Shown here one piece after another: positions 40,325 through 54,970 of a stretch of DNA of 64,000 nucleotides (the stretch's first letter is position 1; each line of letters starts with the position of its first letter). Source of the stretch: the human T2T-CHM13v2.0 reference genome, Homo sapiens; NCBI RefSeq assembly GCF_009914755.1, contig NC_060938.1; one strand, written 5' to 3'. Both the position numbers and the translations under genes were made by a program. Under the pieces are notes generated by a model, which saw nothing but the letters and a program-made list of their open reading frames with translations, was not told the origin of the DNA and made no database searches.

Positions 40325-41723
40325 GTGATATTGAGGAGACCCCTGACTCAAAGGAAATCAACTGCAGTCCCAATTAGCCAACTTTGGGTAAGTGTTTGGG
40401 TATTTTACCCTGGGGAAAGGGCGGAATTGAGTTAGAGGTATTTTATCCTGAGGAAAGGATGGAATTGGGCTGGGACTCCTAAGACCATAGGGGATGAGAG
40501 GTCCTCTTGGTGAAGTCCCTCAGTAAGGAAAAGTGGATTTCGTGCCACAGGATGTTAGCCGCTATTCTCTTTGGATTAATCTGCCTTTGCGCTCTTTGCT
40601 GTCATCTGTGGGTGATAGGATTAGGTATGCATAGGATCATGGGATATGGGGAGCTTTTTTCTCCCCAAAGGGGGAACTTGGGAGCTGATGGGATTGCTGG
40701 AAAAGATCCTTTAGGGACTGACGAGTGGCTGGCTGAACTGTTGATATGATGGGTGGGTCTTTCTCTGGCCTCCCTGAGTTCCTTGCCTTCCTCACCCCAC
40801 CGCAGGCAATACTTTTCTCTTTCTTTCTTTCCTTTCCCTTTCCCATCTTTTTCTGTCACTCAGGGCAACTGTCCACTTCTCCATCTTTCCCAGAGACCAC
40901 ATGTTGAAACTCCTGGTTGGAGGTCACTGCACCCCACTTTGAATGGATTAAAGACAACAGGGGACAATGGAGGTGAATTTGAGCCTTGCCAGGTGGATAC
41001 TGGACACTGAGCTGGGTGGATAATGTCTGTGTTTTGTCACGCATATTTTTCTCTGGCCAAAATGGAAAATGTTAATTCAGTTCCTCCACGCAACCCCTGG
41101 TGTGGCATCTTGCAAAATTGAGAGGTTTTTGCCTATGGTTCCATAAAAGTGAAAAAGATGATTTTTTTTTTTTGGGTAACATGGCTTGGCCCCCCCATAG
41201 CTATGGCACAGCAAGCAGGGTCATCAAAGCCATTCAGAGAAGGGGAACCCAGAAACCTGGCACACTGGCAAAAGGACAAGAGTTTCTTACAAGTCAGGCT
41301 TCAGCCTCTCTCTGTGCAAACTGGTTGAATGAATGGTAAAAATCATTGTCTCTTCGCAAAGTTTTGATTAATGGGAAAAAGGACTGGTGAGGCTAGTCTT
41401 AGGCTGTAGCGAATTTGGTGAACTTTGTGCTACAAACTTGTCTTTGTGTGTCACTCTGTCATAAAAGGTGTGTCATAGATATAATGCAGGCCTAGGACCC
41501 CTGTAAGTCTGCTATTTGAGCTGACCCAGCACTGATCAACTATAAACTTTGCTGCTGCAGGTCCCTGAAACAAAAACTGGATGAGGTTTCCCTCTCATCT
41601 TGTTTTATGTCCTTGGGAGCTTGACTTTCTAACCACGTGGCAGTTCTGTCTCTTGGTCTCCGCCATTTGGAAGGTGGGAATTTTGTGAATTCATGTCATA
41701 GTTAGCTCTAAAAATTATCTTGA

Positions 41724-42158
<435 letters not shown>

Positions 42159-43718
42159 TGATGGCAGCCTGGGTTCATTCTCAGCCTAGGGAATAAGAAT
42201 TTTCTGGTTTGATATTTGCGTGACCTTTGCCATTTACTGATTCTTTCCCTCTCCGTGAACAACTTCTGACTTGCCATCTTGAAGTTCCTTTCTCTGAGCT
42301 ACCTTTGGAGATTCTAAATCTCATTTTAAAAAAAAGTGCTTACACCTTTTTGAAAGTACCTCATACACCCATAGTTAAGTCATAACCTTAGTTAAGGAAT
42401 ATTGGTTTCACCTGGGAGGTTACCTTTGCAAAAGTTCAAAAGCCAGCAATATCGGGTGCTTGTCCTGGCTAGAGTTTGGGAATAAGAGATTTCATTAAAA
42501 CTCAGCTTAATTAAAAACGGATATCCAAGCTATACATATATTTAAAAGACCTTTAAGTTTTTTCTCTTCTTGGATCTTATTTTTCTGAAAAAGTTTTTTC
42601 TTCTTGGTGAACTGAGTCGTTTTTCTCCATCTTATCTTCTTGCCACTCTTGATGCCCACATGAGAGGACATAAGATAATTTCTAACAGCCCGAGACTCCT
42701 GGCAAAAAAGGGAGAAGGTGCCACCGATCCCGTTTTGGGAAAACTCTGTTTTCCTCATGGAACCCCAGAAATTGAAAGTAGATCAATCCCTCTCAAATTC
42801 TAAGGCTTTGTTCTGTTTTACACTGTGTTACCTGACCTTTTTTAATTTTTTAGGGTATCAGAAATTAGTATGCATTATGAGAGATATAGCCTTGATATAG
42901 GTGGGAAATAAACTTTTAGGGATGGCTAATGGCAGTAATGGGAAGATACTCTCTTTGCATATTTGGATCAGAGAAGCATGTTCTTGGCTGCCTAGAAGTT
43001 ATGGAAACATCCCCACCCCCACTAACAAACAGGACTCCTATGGGGGATGTGCTGATTCCCTTTTGAGATCCAGGATCCAGTATAAAAATGGGGATCTGTT
43101 CTGTTTTTGTCTTCCAGCTGTGCCCGCTTATTAGGCCCTAAAAACTGCATGCTTTCCTGGCCCTGTTCCTTGAAGGACTGCACCCTGAAGCCAGTAATCT
43201 AATTAAATTTTAATTAAACTTAAAAACTGGCAAATGAAAAATCTTACGACTACTGGATCTTCTTCTGTCTGCATGTATTTATATGTGTTCTGTGTGTGAT
43301 GTTTATATAAAAGAGCTCTACTTAATTGGCTTAAAGAAAATTAAGTGCTTAAATCAAATATTTTGTCAGAAAAATAAAAACTTTAATACCTTTTAGTTCG
43401 TGTCACTTGAGTAATCTTTGGGAACTAAAGATAGTTTTAAAGGTTATTGGTAAAATAAAAATATCTTCAAAATGTAGATATTTGGTCTAAATTATGCAGG
43501 TCAGATATTAGGTTTGTTAAATGCTTTAAGCTCTAAACTGCTTCTATGACTTGATAATTGCTCAGCTTACCTACTTTGGAGACATTAGATTCTAGATAAG
43601 GCCTGGGACATATGGAGTTAGCCATGCCCCTGGCTATGCTGGAAAGAGTTAAACCTTATCTGCACTTCTGTCTGGTGTCCTAGGCTCCACACCTGGTACA
43701 TAATTAAAATCACTTACT

Positions 43719-44033
<315 letters not shown>

Positions 44034-46294
44034 TTACTGGCTTTTTCACCAAAAATAAAAGTTGCTAAGAGTTAACACTGTAACATGTATATTGAGACGA
44101 CTAAAGAAACAGTTTTACATGCAAGGTGTATAAGAAATGTAGAATGTATTTTTGGTAAAAGATTATAAGGCATCAGAATATGTTGTTGTTTTTTTTTTTT
44201 GCCTAGTATAAAGGGTTAAAGGATTATATTAAGTTAGATAGGCTAAAGCTGAAGATTTGAGCAAGTTGTGGAAGGTTTGTGAAAGATTAATCTTGTAAAA
44301 GAAATTGTGTGTGAACATATTGGCTGAAGTTAAAGAGGTATTATTTGGTTTTTCCATAAATTGAACATTGGAATAAAGCACAACAGGATTTTCTTAGACC
44401 ATTGGTCTGTGCTTTAACAAAAAAATTCTAAAGGGTTATAAACAGTTTTGAAAATATTACCTTATGGTCAAACTGATTAAAGTTGGATAAATTTGTCTAC
44501 AGGGTTTCATTAAGAATTGGGTTTGATATTAATAGGACACTAATGCAAAGGTAAAATTTGGCTAGATTCTCTCTTGAGCAAGATTTTCATGTAACATTAA
44601 AAGATAATAAAAGATTTTTATTTGCCTTTTAAATACAGGAAAAAGAAGGGAAATAAAAGAGACTGTTTAGAAAGCTAAGTCTTCCCTCTGCTAATGAATA
44701 GAGGTTTTTGCTTGTTTAAAATCTTTGAGTTATTTGGCTAAATAAATGACTTACGGTGACCTGGGATTTTCTCTTACAGTGTTTTAAAACTTTGATATTT
44801 GACAAACTTTCCAAAATCTAATTCTAAATTAAGTCTTTTTCTGACCTGATTAATCCTTTTAGATATTAGATTCCCTAAAGTCCAAAAGTATTTGGCTTAT
44901 TTGGTATATTAAAATCATATAGGAAGCATTGTCAAGTATGAAATGGTGTTTGGCTTTTGTTGGGCTATATTTTTATAAATATGTTATTGGTATGTGTTCC
45001 AAAATTAGGGGAAACTCCTATAATTTTGATATGACTTAGTGGTATGTTATCAGTAATAATTACAATGGTTATCTAAAATTGTTACATGCCACGAAAGTAA
45101 CCAAATTTCCTTGTAAATTTTGTCTTTGACTGTGGCTGCCCTAAGACTTTTTGTCATCCACAGACAATTGTTATCTTGTTTCAATCCTCTTTAAAAGGTC
45201 GTTTATAATCAGCTACGGAACTCTGACAAGCACTTTTAAATGCAGAGAGGAAAAATAAACTTCCAAGTCTCTTTTGGATAACTAATATATTCATAAATAC
45301 CAGGCAAAACAGGAATTAACTGCATAGACAGAACTAATAAAAGTTCTGACAGGCCCAGGAGCCCCAAATTATCTTGAGACCTTGAGATGAGAAACATTTA
45401 TCCAACTCATACAAGTATTTACGGACACAGTTAAATAAATCCATGGCTGGGTTCAAGGCTTTAAAAAGTCTAAGCTGTCACCGCTTATGGTTCCAGCAAA
45501 GCCAATTTTTAAAAAGAAGGCTATATGGCAAATAATTATTCTTGCTGCACATTATACAGATCATCAGGCCAAGTATAATAAAACTAAAAGTCATTTTGCA
45601 AACAAATCAGTCCTACTGTTACTTCTTTTTAATAAAAATGGGAACTAGAGAAAGAAAAATTATGTTTCAAAAACTATGGTACACCTGTTATTAGATTCTA
45701 GTCACATTCATTGTTTTTGAGTTTTTTCTGCAATTTAGACTGACCCTGCTTATTCCTGTGAGCCAACCAGTGATCACTGGCTACTGCTCAGGAGAAACAG
45801 GGATAGGTAATGTAAAAAATCTAGATTGATTTTCTAATTCTGGGCACATATTGGAATAGGCTAACAACTCCATATCAGCTTGGTTCCAACAATAGCCCAG
45901 TTCAAGGAAAGCCTTCTTGTTTAGTCACTTGGGGTAATATTACTTATTTTGCTTTACTGTTGTGGAATATATTGCTGTTGTACTCCTCGTGTAGAAATGC
46001 AAGATAAGCTTACTCAACGTTTTCTTAAACACTTATTAAATCTTCCAGATAGTGTCACCTATTGTCAGAAGTCACAGTTCTTTCTGTTTTCTGGTACCAA
46101 GAAGGGCTGTACCATGCAGGCAGATGAAGGCAGAAAGAGAGTAGAGGCTAGGGGCGGGCTCCACCACCCTTCAATTCACGAAAGAGCTGCCCTATTTTCC
46201 TCTACTGTGGGCCACACTTGTTGGATTTGGCTGTGTGTCTCTGGTTATGGATGGTAACTTTCCTCAGAGCATCAGCTTAACAAGTAAGTGAGAA

Positions 46295-46650
46295 CATGTC
46301 AATTGGGTTCTGAAGGATGAGTAGGAATTCATCAGTCACAGTTGCTGGAGAAGAGAATGTCCAGGGAACACCATGTACAAAAAGAATGAGCAGTTTGATT
46401 TTGCAGGAGCAGAGGATGGGGCAGAAGGCAAATGCCAGATCTTGAACAATTCTTCTTGCACTAAGATTTGCACTTCTAGGGAACCATGGAGAGTGGCCAA
46501 ACCAGACTTCATTTTTAAGAACATCTCTCTGGCAGCATATGGAAAGGATATTGGAAAGAGAAGCAAGTATAGGCCAAGAAGCCAGTTAGGAAGTTTTTGT
46601 AGTCTAGGCATGTGTGATGGAGGCTTGGACAGGAGTAGGAGCTGGGGGGC
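46295..46650 (-). mobile_element. L2 fragment
   Basis: tgggttctgaaggatgagtaggaattc...gggaaccatggaga...tttttaagaacatctctctggcagc...tgatggaggcttggac. Confidence 0.6.
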
Positions 46651-47263
46651 GATATAGGAAGGGTCAGATCAGAGCAATATCAGGAGAGAAAGGACCTGCC
46701 AATTTGTTCAGACAGACCATGAGGCAATGCAGGCTGAGCTGGTTCAGGCCCAAATGAGAACTGAGTGGCCAGAAAGGGGCAGCTGAATCCAGTATGCAGA
46801 GGCCAAACAAGCACTGATATGGCCCCTGGGGACCCCACCTATGCAGAGGGCAGGCAAAAACCACAAGGACAAAGAGTCAAGGACAGATCCCCAAGGCACT
46901 TGCCACCTCAGCCCAGGAAGCCTTTATATTACCCCTGGACAAGGAGCAGCCACTCAGAGAGAAGGTCAGAATCAGGGCCAGAAGGGGAAAGCAGTGGAGA
47001 GTTCTAAAGCCTCCCTGCTCCCACTGGCTTACAGCCTCAAGTCAGCAGGACCAGCACATTCTTTGCAGGAGCAGAACTGGAGCCTGTCAGATGCAGGAGC
47101 AGGAAAAATGACCACAATCAAGAAGCCCACACTCTTTTTATACACAGAAGGACACAGAGGACTGGGGAGGGGGAGGGACTCACCTAAGGTCACAGGGCAG
47201 TCGGGCTGGAGCAGATCTCAGGGCTTCAGCCCCAGCCCTGTGCTCCATGGCATGATGCTGTGG

Positions 47264-49507
47264 TGATATGGTTTGTGTCCCCATCCAAATCTCAACTTGA
47301 ATTTTATCTCCCAGAATTCCCACATGTTGTGAGAGGGACCCAGTGGGAGGTAATTGAGTCACAGGGGCCTGTATTTCCCATGCTATTCTTGTAATAGTGA
47401 ATAAGTCTCATGCGATCTGATGGGTTTATCAGGGGTTTTTGCTTTTGCTTCTTTCTCATTTTCTCTTGCTGCTGCCATGTAAGAAATGCCTTTCACCTTC
47501 CGCCACGATGCTGAGGCCTCCCCAGCCATGTGGAACTGTAAGTCCAATTAAACCTCTTTTTCTTCCCAGTCTCGGGTATGTCTTTATCAGCAGTGTGAAA
47601 AATGAACTAATACAGTAAATTGGTACCAGTAGAGTGCAGCATTGCTGAAAAGATACCCAAAAACGTGGAAGCGACTTTGGAACTGGGTAACAGGCAGAGG
47701 TTGGAACAGTTTGGAGGGCTCCAAAGAAGACAGGACAATGTAGGAAAGTTTGGAACTTCCTAGAGACTTGTTGAATGGTTTTGCCCAAAATGCTGATAGC
47801 AACATGGACAATAAGGTGAGGAACTTGTTGGGAACCACAGCAAAGGTGACTCTTGTTATGTTTTAGCAAAGATACTGGGGGCATTTTTCCCCTGCCCTAG
47901 AGATTTGTGGAACTTTGAACTTGAGAAAGATGATTTAGGTATCTGGTGGAAGAAATTTCTAAGCAGCAAAGCATTCAAGAGGTGACTTGGGCACTGTTAA
48001 AGGCATTCAGTTTTATAAGGGAAGCAGAGCATAAAAGTTTGGAAAATTTGCAGTCTGACTATGCGATAGAAAAGAAAAACCCATTTTGGGGGAAGAAATT
48101 CAAGCTGGCTGCTGAAATTTGCATAAGTAGCAAGGAACCTAATGTTAATCCCCAAGGCCACAGAGAAAGTGTCTCCAGGCCACGTCAGAGACCTTCATGG
48201 CAGCCCCTCCCATCACAGCCCCAGAGGCCCAGGTGGAAAAAATGGTTTTGTGGGCCAGACCCAGGGTGCCTGTGCTGTGTGCAGCCTAGGGACTTGGTGC
48301 CCTGTGTCCCAGCCGCTCCAGTTGTGGTGGAAAGGGGCCAATGTACAGCTCAGGCTGTGGCTTCAGAGGGTGAAAGCCCCAAGCCTTGGGAGCTTCCATG
48401 TGGTGTTGAGTCTGCAGGTGCACAGAAGTCAAGAATTGAGGTTTGGGAACCTCCGCCTAGATTTCAGATATATATATGGAAATGCCTGGATGCGCAGGCA
48501 AAAGTTTGCTGCAGGGGCAGGGCCCTCATGGAAAACCTCCACTAGGGCAGTGCAGAAGGGAAATGTGGGGTCAGAGCCCCCATACAGAGTCCCTACTGGG
48601 GCACTGCCTAGTGGAGCTGTAAAAAGAGGGCCACCATCTTCCAGAACCCAGAATGGTAGATCCACTGACAGCTTACACCATGTGCCTGGAAAAAACACAG
48701 ACACTCAACACCAGCATGTGAAAACAGCCAGGAGGGAGGCTGTACCCTGCAAAGCCACAGGTGGGGAGCTGCCCAAGACCATGGGAACCCACCTCTTGCA
48801 TCAGCATGATCTGGAGTCAAAGATCATTTTGGAGCTTTAAATTTTGGTGCCCCCCACCCCCAAATTTCAGACTTGCACAGGCCCTGTAACCCCTTTTTTT
48901 GGCCAATTTCTCCCATTTTGAATGGCTGTATTTACCCAATACCTGTACCCCACTGTATCTAGGAAGCAACTAGCTTGCTTTTGATTTTGCAGACTCATAG
49001 GCAGAAGGGATTTGCCTTGTCTCAGATAAGACTTTGGACTGTGGATTTGTGGGTTAATGCTGAAATTAGTTAAGGCTTTGGGGGACTGTTGGGAAGGCAT
49101 GACAGGTTTTGAAGTGTGAGAATATGAGATCTGGGAGGGGCCATGGGTGGAATGATATGGTTTGGCTGTGTCCCCACCCAAATCTCTACTTGAATTGTAT
49201 CTCCGAGAATTTCCACATGTTGTGGGAGGGACCCAGGGGGAGGTAATTGAATCATGGGGGCCAGTCTTTCTCATGCTATTCTCATGGTAATGATTAAGTC
49301 TCATGAGATTTGATGGGTTTATCAAAGGTTTACACTTTTGTTTCTTTCTCATTTTCTCTCGCCACCACCATATAAGAAGTGCCTTTCGCCTCTCACCATG
49401 ATTCTGAGGCCTCCTTAGCCATGTGGAACTGTAAGTCCAATTAAACTTCTTTTTCTTCCCAGTCGTGGGTATGCCTTTATCAGCAGTGTGAAAAACGGAC
49501 TAATACA
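47264..49507 (+). mobile_element. Full-length THE1A MaLR element (5' LTR 47264-47614, internal 47615-49152, 3' LTR 49153-49507)
   Basis: Two TG...CA LTRs, internal region starting gtaaattggtacc, 5-bp TSD TGTGG (47259-47263 and 49508-49512); internal ORFs are MaLR-internal remnants. Confidence 0.95.
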
Positions 49508-49887
49508 TGTGGCTTTCCAGGCTTGATTTTGAACAGGAAGAAAAATTAAACCTGAAACCACCCATCCCCAACTAGTACCTGGAAATATATCCATTAGAAT
49601 CAATCTTTTAAGTCATCAAATTCTCTTCCAGGAAAGGAGAGTATGAAATTTAAATGTGTGTGGGAGAGAGAATCTGGGCCCAGCAAGGTAGGGCCTGCAT
49701 GTGAACGCTGTCTGGGCCTCTGGAGAAGCAGTGCTGTCTTCTGTGCTGTTGACACACAAGCTAGGGAAACACTGGGTAAATTGTAGAACATGCCTTCCTC
49801 CCCTAGACACGTATGACAGGCCCCACAGAGTCCCATAAAGGAAAAGACTAATCATAACTGGAGGATCTGAGAAAATCTTTTAGAAGA

Positions 49888-50028
49888 GTGGACATTTGCA
49901 CTGGGTATATTACAGGTGAGATCACTGGGATATGTGGCTAAGATATATGCTCCAGGATGAGGTGGACTTTTGAGCTGGGTATGTAACAGGCGAGATCACT
50001 GGGATATGTGGATAAGGTATAAGCTCCA
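49888..50028. repeat. Imperfect tandem duplication, 74-bp period
   Basis: gtggac..ctgggtat..acagg(t/c)gagatcactgggatatgtgg..taag..gctcca at 49888-49954 and 49962-50028. Confidence 0.85.
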
Positions 50029-50489
50029 TGGTACGGCCACACCCTCCACTCATGTCCACAGCAGGCATTGTTAATCAACCACGGCACTCTTTCCCACCCA
50101 TCCCAGACTTCACTTCAAAATCCTTCTGCACTCAGCACTCCAGGTAGCCACCAACAATTGATTCATATAGGACCACATGGTAAAGTGCATGCAAGATCAT
50201 CTCTGACCTATGGGAAGTGGAGGAGGAGGAGGAAGGGGAGAAGAGTGGAGACGAAGCAAGCTTGGGCATCAAATGTCAGGCTGAAAAACTTCTTCCTCTG
50301 GCTATTTGATATTAAGGATATTATTAATTATTTCAGGTGTGATCATGGTAATGTGGTTATGCTTTTTAAAAAGTCCTTATCTTTTAAAGAAAAATACTAA
50401 AGTATTTATGAATGAAATGGAACAACATCTGAAATTTACTTCACTAGTAAGTCCTAGACAATGAGGTGGGAAGATGGAGAGGCAAGAGG

Positions 50490-50870
50490 TAATAGCCATA
50501 CAATGGAATATTATTTAGCCATAAAGAGGAATAAAGCATTGATGCATGCTACAACATGGATGAACCTCAAAAACATTATGCTAAGAAGCCAGGCACAGGT
50601 TACATATTATCTGCTTCCATTTAAATGAAGTATCTAGAATAAGTAAATCCATAGAGACAGAAAGCAGTTTAGTGGTTTCCAGGAGATAGAGGGATGGTAA
50701 ATGGGGAGTGACTCCTTAATGTGTTGGGTCTTCTTTGGGGGTGATGAAACTTTTGGAATAAGATAGTGGTAATGGTTGTACACTCTGAATGTACTAAATC
50801 TTACTGAATTACACATTTTAAAATGGTTAATTTTATGTTGTGTGATTTTCGGCTCAGTTACAAAATGTTT
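50490..50870 (+). mobile_element. L1MB 3' UTR fragment
   Basis: ccatacaatggaatattatttagccataaa...gctacaacatggatgaacct...atccatagagacagaaagcag...aaaatggttaattttatg. Confidence 0.85.
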
Positions 50871-51736
50871 TCACCCAAAATAAAAATGTCATTTTACCCC
50901 CAAAAAATTATAAAATTAATGGGAGTTGAAGACATAAAGACCAAGAGTCTGCAGGGAGGGGACTGCCCTTCCATGAGGCAGAGAGAACAGTGAGTTCAAA
51001 GGCCCTGAAGAGAGAGCACGTGTCTCACGGTAGATCAGTCAGGGATCATCAGGGTCTCACTCAACACCTGTGTGTGCCAGCCTCTGCTCACCACGTGACC
51101 CCACAGAAAGTTTGCATGCAACTTTGCAGACAGGCAGACCCAGGCTGTGAAAGGTGGCATCTATGATTTGGGAGGGAGAACCAACAACTAACACAAAAAG
51201 GCCAGATGCCACACGTGAGCTGCCTCCCAGGTCTTGTCATCCCCGCAAGGCTACCACATTTTGCTTCTGTCACCTTCACTAGAATCCCAGCCTTGCCTGA
51301 AGGGCCCCTTGTGCCTTGCCTCCTATCTTCCCTCCTGTGAATTTGCACAGAGGAGGGGCAATTCTAATGGTCTGACTTTGCAAACCAGGGAAATCCTGTG
51401 ATTTGAGCAACAAAGCTTACATCTATACAAATAAATAAAAACCTCCCCGCTTCTGCCAGCCCTCTCTGTGCACAAACCCTCTGTCTGATGGGAACTGTCC
51501 CCGTCACTTTCTAGCCCAGCTCCGTGGCCAGGCTCCATGGAGGCCACATGCAACATGCAAACTACAGAGCCAAGTATGCTGGGCCTGCCTCAACCTGCCC
51601 GCCCTTCTCAGCATGGCGCGATGTTCAGGCATCTCTGGGATGCTGGATGCTGTAGCAGGCAGCAGCTGGATCCCTGTTTGTCACTTACTTGGAGAGGGAG
51701 AGAGGAGGGTCTGAGAGCAGCACCCTTCCTGCAGTG

Positions 51737-51895
51737 CCATGGTTGTTAAACTTGAGCACCCATCAGAAGCACCAGGCCCCACATCCAGAGTTCCTGATGC
51801 AGTAGGCTGAGGTGGAGCCTGAGAATCTGCAGTTGCAACAAGGTCCTGGGTGATGCTGATGCTGCTGGCCAGGAACCTCACTTTGAGAATGACAG
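51737..51895. mobile_element. MER5A
   Basis: aaacttgagc..catcagaa..ccagagttcctgat.cagtaggct...ggtgatgctgatgctgctgg..cactttgagaa. Confidence 0.8.
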
Positions 51896-52479
51896 CTTCA
51901 ATGGTTTAGCATTGGAAGATGTCCATAAAGCTCAGACAACACTGGCTTGCAGGGAGGAGATGCCCTGGGATTCTGGGTCTTTCTTGGGATCCTGCAGCCT
52001 CCAGTCCAAGGTCATCAGCCTCTCTCCATACAGCCCTGTTTCTGGAGGGCAGAGAGGCTCCTAGCCAGCTATCTGCATTTCCCTCCCTGTGCTCTCAACC
52101 AACCCACCGTAATTACTGGCTATCAAGATTCTCAGTGCACACCAAGGCATCACCTACCAGAGTACAAAGATTTCCTGTTCATTAGTTCATGGTTCATTAG
52201 TTCATTAGTCTGTGACTTGGACAGGTTTTATGCCCATTTTGCAGCAGAGAAAACAGAATCATAACAGTCAAGTAACCTGTCTAAGATCTCACAACCACAG
52301 CATAGTGGGGCCTGGAAGAGCACATGGGCTTTCTACTTCTAAACCCACGTACAATTTCTATACTGCCACAGTGGTATCCCCCACAGAAGACCTGTATCCT
52401 AAGGCAGGGGCCTTATCACAAAGTCCTACTCTTAGAGGACTTACGTGAACAGCTGCAAACCAGAGTTGCAACAGCCATG

Positions 52480-52800
52480 ATGTGGCTGATCCAGAGGACT
52501 AAGGTGCCCTGGGAGGGCACCTAATGAGGTTTTGGGATCACAGTAGGCTTTTGAAAGAGATAAGCCTAAGAGAAGCCTTAAAGAGGAGTGAGCCAGTGAG
52601 AAGGCAGGGCTGGGGAAGGAACAGTGCGCTAGGCAGAGGGAATAGCAGATGCAAAGGCCGAGAGGTAAGACAGATCAGGCACATCTGAACAATGGAAACT
52701 ACAGCAGCTGGAGCACAGGGTTCTGCTAGGTGATGAAGCACAAGGCTGAAGAGATTGGCAGATCCTATGCTTAAACACCTCACAAAACACATCAAGAAGT
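52480..52800 (-). mobile_element. L2 fragment
   Basis: ggggaaggaacagtg..aggcagagggaatagcagatgcaaaggccgagagg. Confidence 0.65.
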
Positions 52801-52819
52801 TTCAGCTCACATCAATGCA

Positions 52820-53685
52820 TTGCTGGCTGGCAGGCTGTAAATTGGTGCCACTTTCAAAAACTGTTTGGCAGCATCCACAAAAAATAAAACATGCTGACCC
52901 TTTGATTCCACAATTCCACCCCTGTGTATAAGCCAGAAGAAACAAGCGCTTGTGTCCACCAAAAGACATGCCCAAGAGTGTTCTTCACAGCACATTCATA
53001 ATAGCCAAAAACTGGGATCAATCCACTTGTCCATCAACAGGAGAACAGACATGGTACAGTCGCACAAAGGAATACTACACAGCAATGAAAAAGAATTAAC
53101 TCACAACTTGCATGGATCTCTGGATCTCGCCAACTATCAAGCAAAAGAAGCCAACACACAAAGAATCCACTGCAGGATCCATTTATGCAAAAGTTCCCAA
53201 ACAATCAACATTCAGCATGGTGCTGGGAATCACAATAGGGGTTACCGCTGGAGGTAGGTATCACTGGGAGGGGCACAGAGAGAGCTGCTTGTGTTCCAGA
53301 TGTGGCCTCTGCCTGCATCTGAGTGGCGGTGCCATGGGTGTGTGCACACATCACATACACCTAAGGTTAGGGCACTCTGTACACTTTACTGTTATATGAC
53401 ACTTCATATAAATCCCATTGGTCAGGCTGGGCATGGTGGTTCATACCTGTAATCCCAGCACTTTGAGAGGCCAATACAGGCAGATTGCCTGAGTTCAGGA
53501 GTGCAAGACCAGCCTGGGCAACATGGTGAAACTCCATCTCTGCTAAAAAATACAAAAAATTAGCCAGGTGTGGTGGGGCGTGCCTGTAGTCCCAGCTACG
53601 TGGGAGGCTGAGGCATGGGAATTGCTTGAACCTGGGAGGCAGAGGTTGCAACCTGGTTGACAGAGCAAGACTCTGTCTCAAAAAA

Positions 53686-53716
<31 letters not shown>

Positions 53717-53780
53717 ACAAACAAAAAAACCGTTGTTCTACATCCTTATCATATGTATACTATACTTCAATTTTTTTAAA
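52820..53780 (+). mobile_element. L1ME 3' fragment split by an Alu
   Basis: tgtaaattggtgccactt..aaactgtttggcag...tgtgtccaccaaaagacatg...attcataatagccaaaaactgg. Confidence 0.7.
53425..53729 (+). mobile_element. AluS/J with about 30-bp right-arm deletion and (TAAA)n tail
   Basis: gaggttgca is joined directly to acctggttgacagagc. Confidence 0.9.
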
Positions 53781-54459
53781 TGCTAAAAGGAGAAAAGGGT
53801 TGATAACAAAGACCTGGGTGTTGGAGGGCGTGGGCATTGAAGGCTTCAAACCAGGGAAAAGAAGCAATCAGGCTCCTCCCACCCCAATCCCCCAGCCCCA
53901 TTCCTGGGCTGCCCACTTTCTCCACAGCCTAGTCCTCTCGGCTGTTGTCCTCTCTGTTCCCTTTTATGCCCAATCCCCATCCTCTTAGGAGCTGGCCATT
54001 CATATTATGACCCCATCAGGCCAAAATCCCCACTGGCTGCCTTAGCCTACTGTGCCAGGTCTCCCATGGTCCTTTTGCTCAGGGGCCAGCTTGTCACCTC
54101 CCCCACCAGGGGGTTGGCCTCCTTGTGTGTAATCGCCACCTAAGACAGGTTTAAAGACATGCAAGAATCAAACACAATAGCTGAAGCCTATAACATTTCA
54201 AGGCAAAGTGTCCATTCTTTGGGGGATGTCTTTTGGGAATTCTATCTTCAAAATAATATAACCTTTAAAAAAGAAAAGCTCCTTAATCCTCACATGAAAG
54301 ACAAATTGCCTCCAATCCAAGGCTGTTTCTCGTTGACACCTGCAGAGCCCTTCACAGTGTGCAAAGCCACTCAGGTGCAATGGGTCCTAGTGCTAAACCC
54401 TTACCATGATGCCCTGGGTCCGCCCCGCCCACTCTTCTTTCTTGGGTGGTGGTGCTTTG

Positions 54460-54970
54460 TGACTCTGTCACACTTTGACGCTCCCCCAAAGATGTCCAGA
54501 TCCCAATCCCTGGAGTCTGTGTGTTGCCTTTATGTGGCAAAAACAGACTTTGCAGATGTGTTAAGGATCTTGAGATGGAGAAGTTTTCCCGTAGTCTCAG
54601 GGAGGGCCTTAAATGTAATCACAAGGGTCTTTATAAGAGGAAGACAGAGGGAGATGTGATCCAGAAGACAGAAGAGAAGAGACAGTTGATGGAAACAGAG
54701 TCAGAGAGAGTTGAGACGCTGCTGGCTTTGAAGATGGAGGAACAGGCCACAAGCCAACAAATATGAGGGCCCTCTAGAAACTAAAACAGGCAAGGCAACA
54801 GATTCTCTCCTGGGGCCTTCAGAAGGAACGCAGTATTACCAGTGCCTTGAATTTAGCCCAGTGAGACTGCCTCAGGTTTCTGACCTCCAGAACTGTGAGA
54901 TGCCACATCTGCATTGCTTGTAAGTGCTCACTTTGTGTAAGTTTGTTACAGCAGCCCTAGGAAACCCACG
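54460..54970 (+). mobile_element. MLT1D/C-like solo LTR
   Basis: cccccaaagatgtcc...gactttgcagatgtg.ttaaggatcttgagatgg...ctggctttgaagatggagg...gacctccagaactgtgaga..tttgttacagcagc. Confidence 0.82.
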
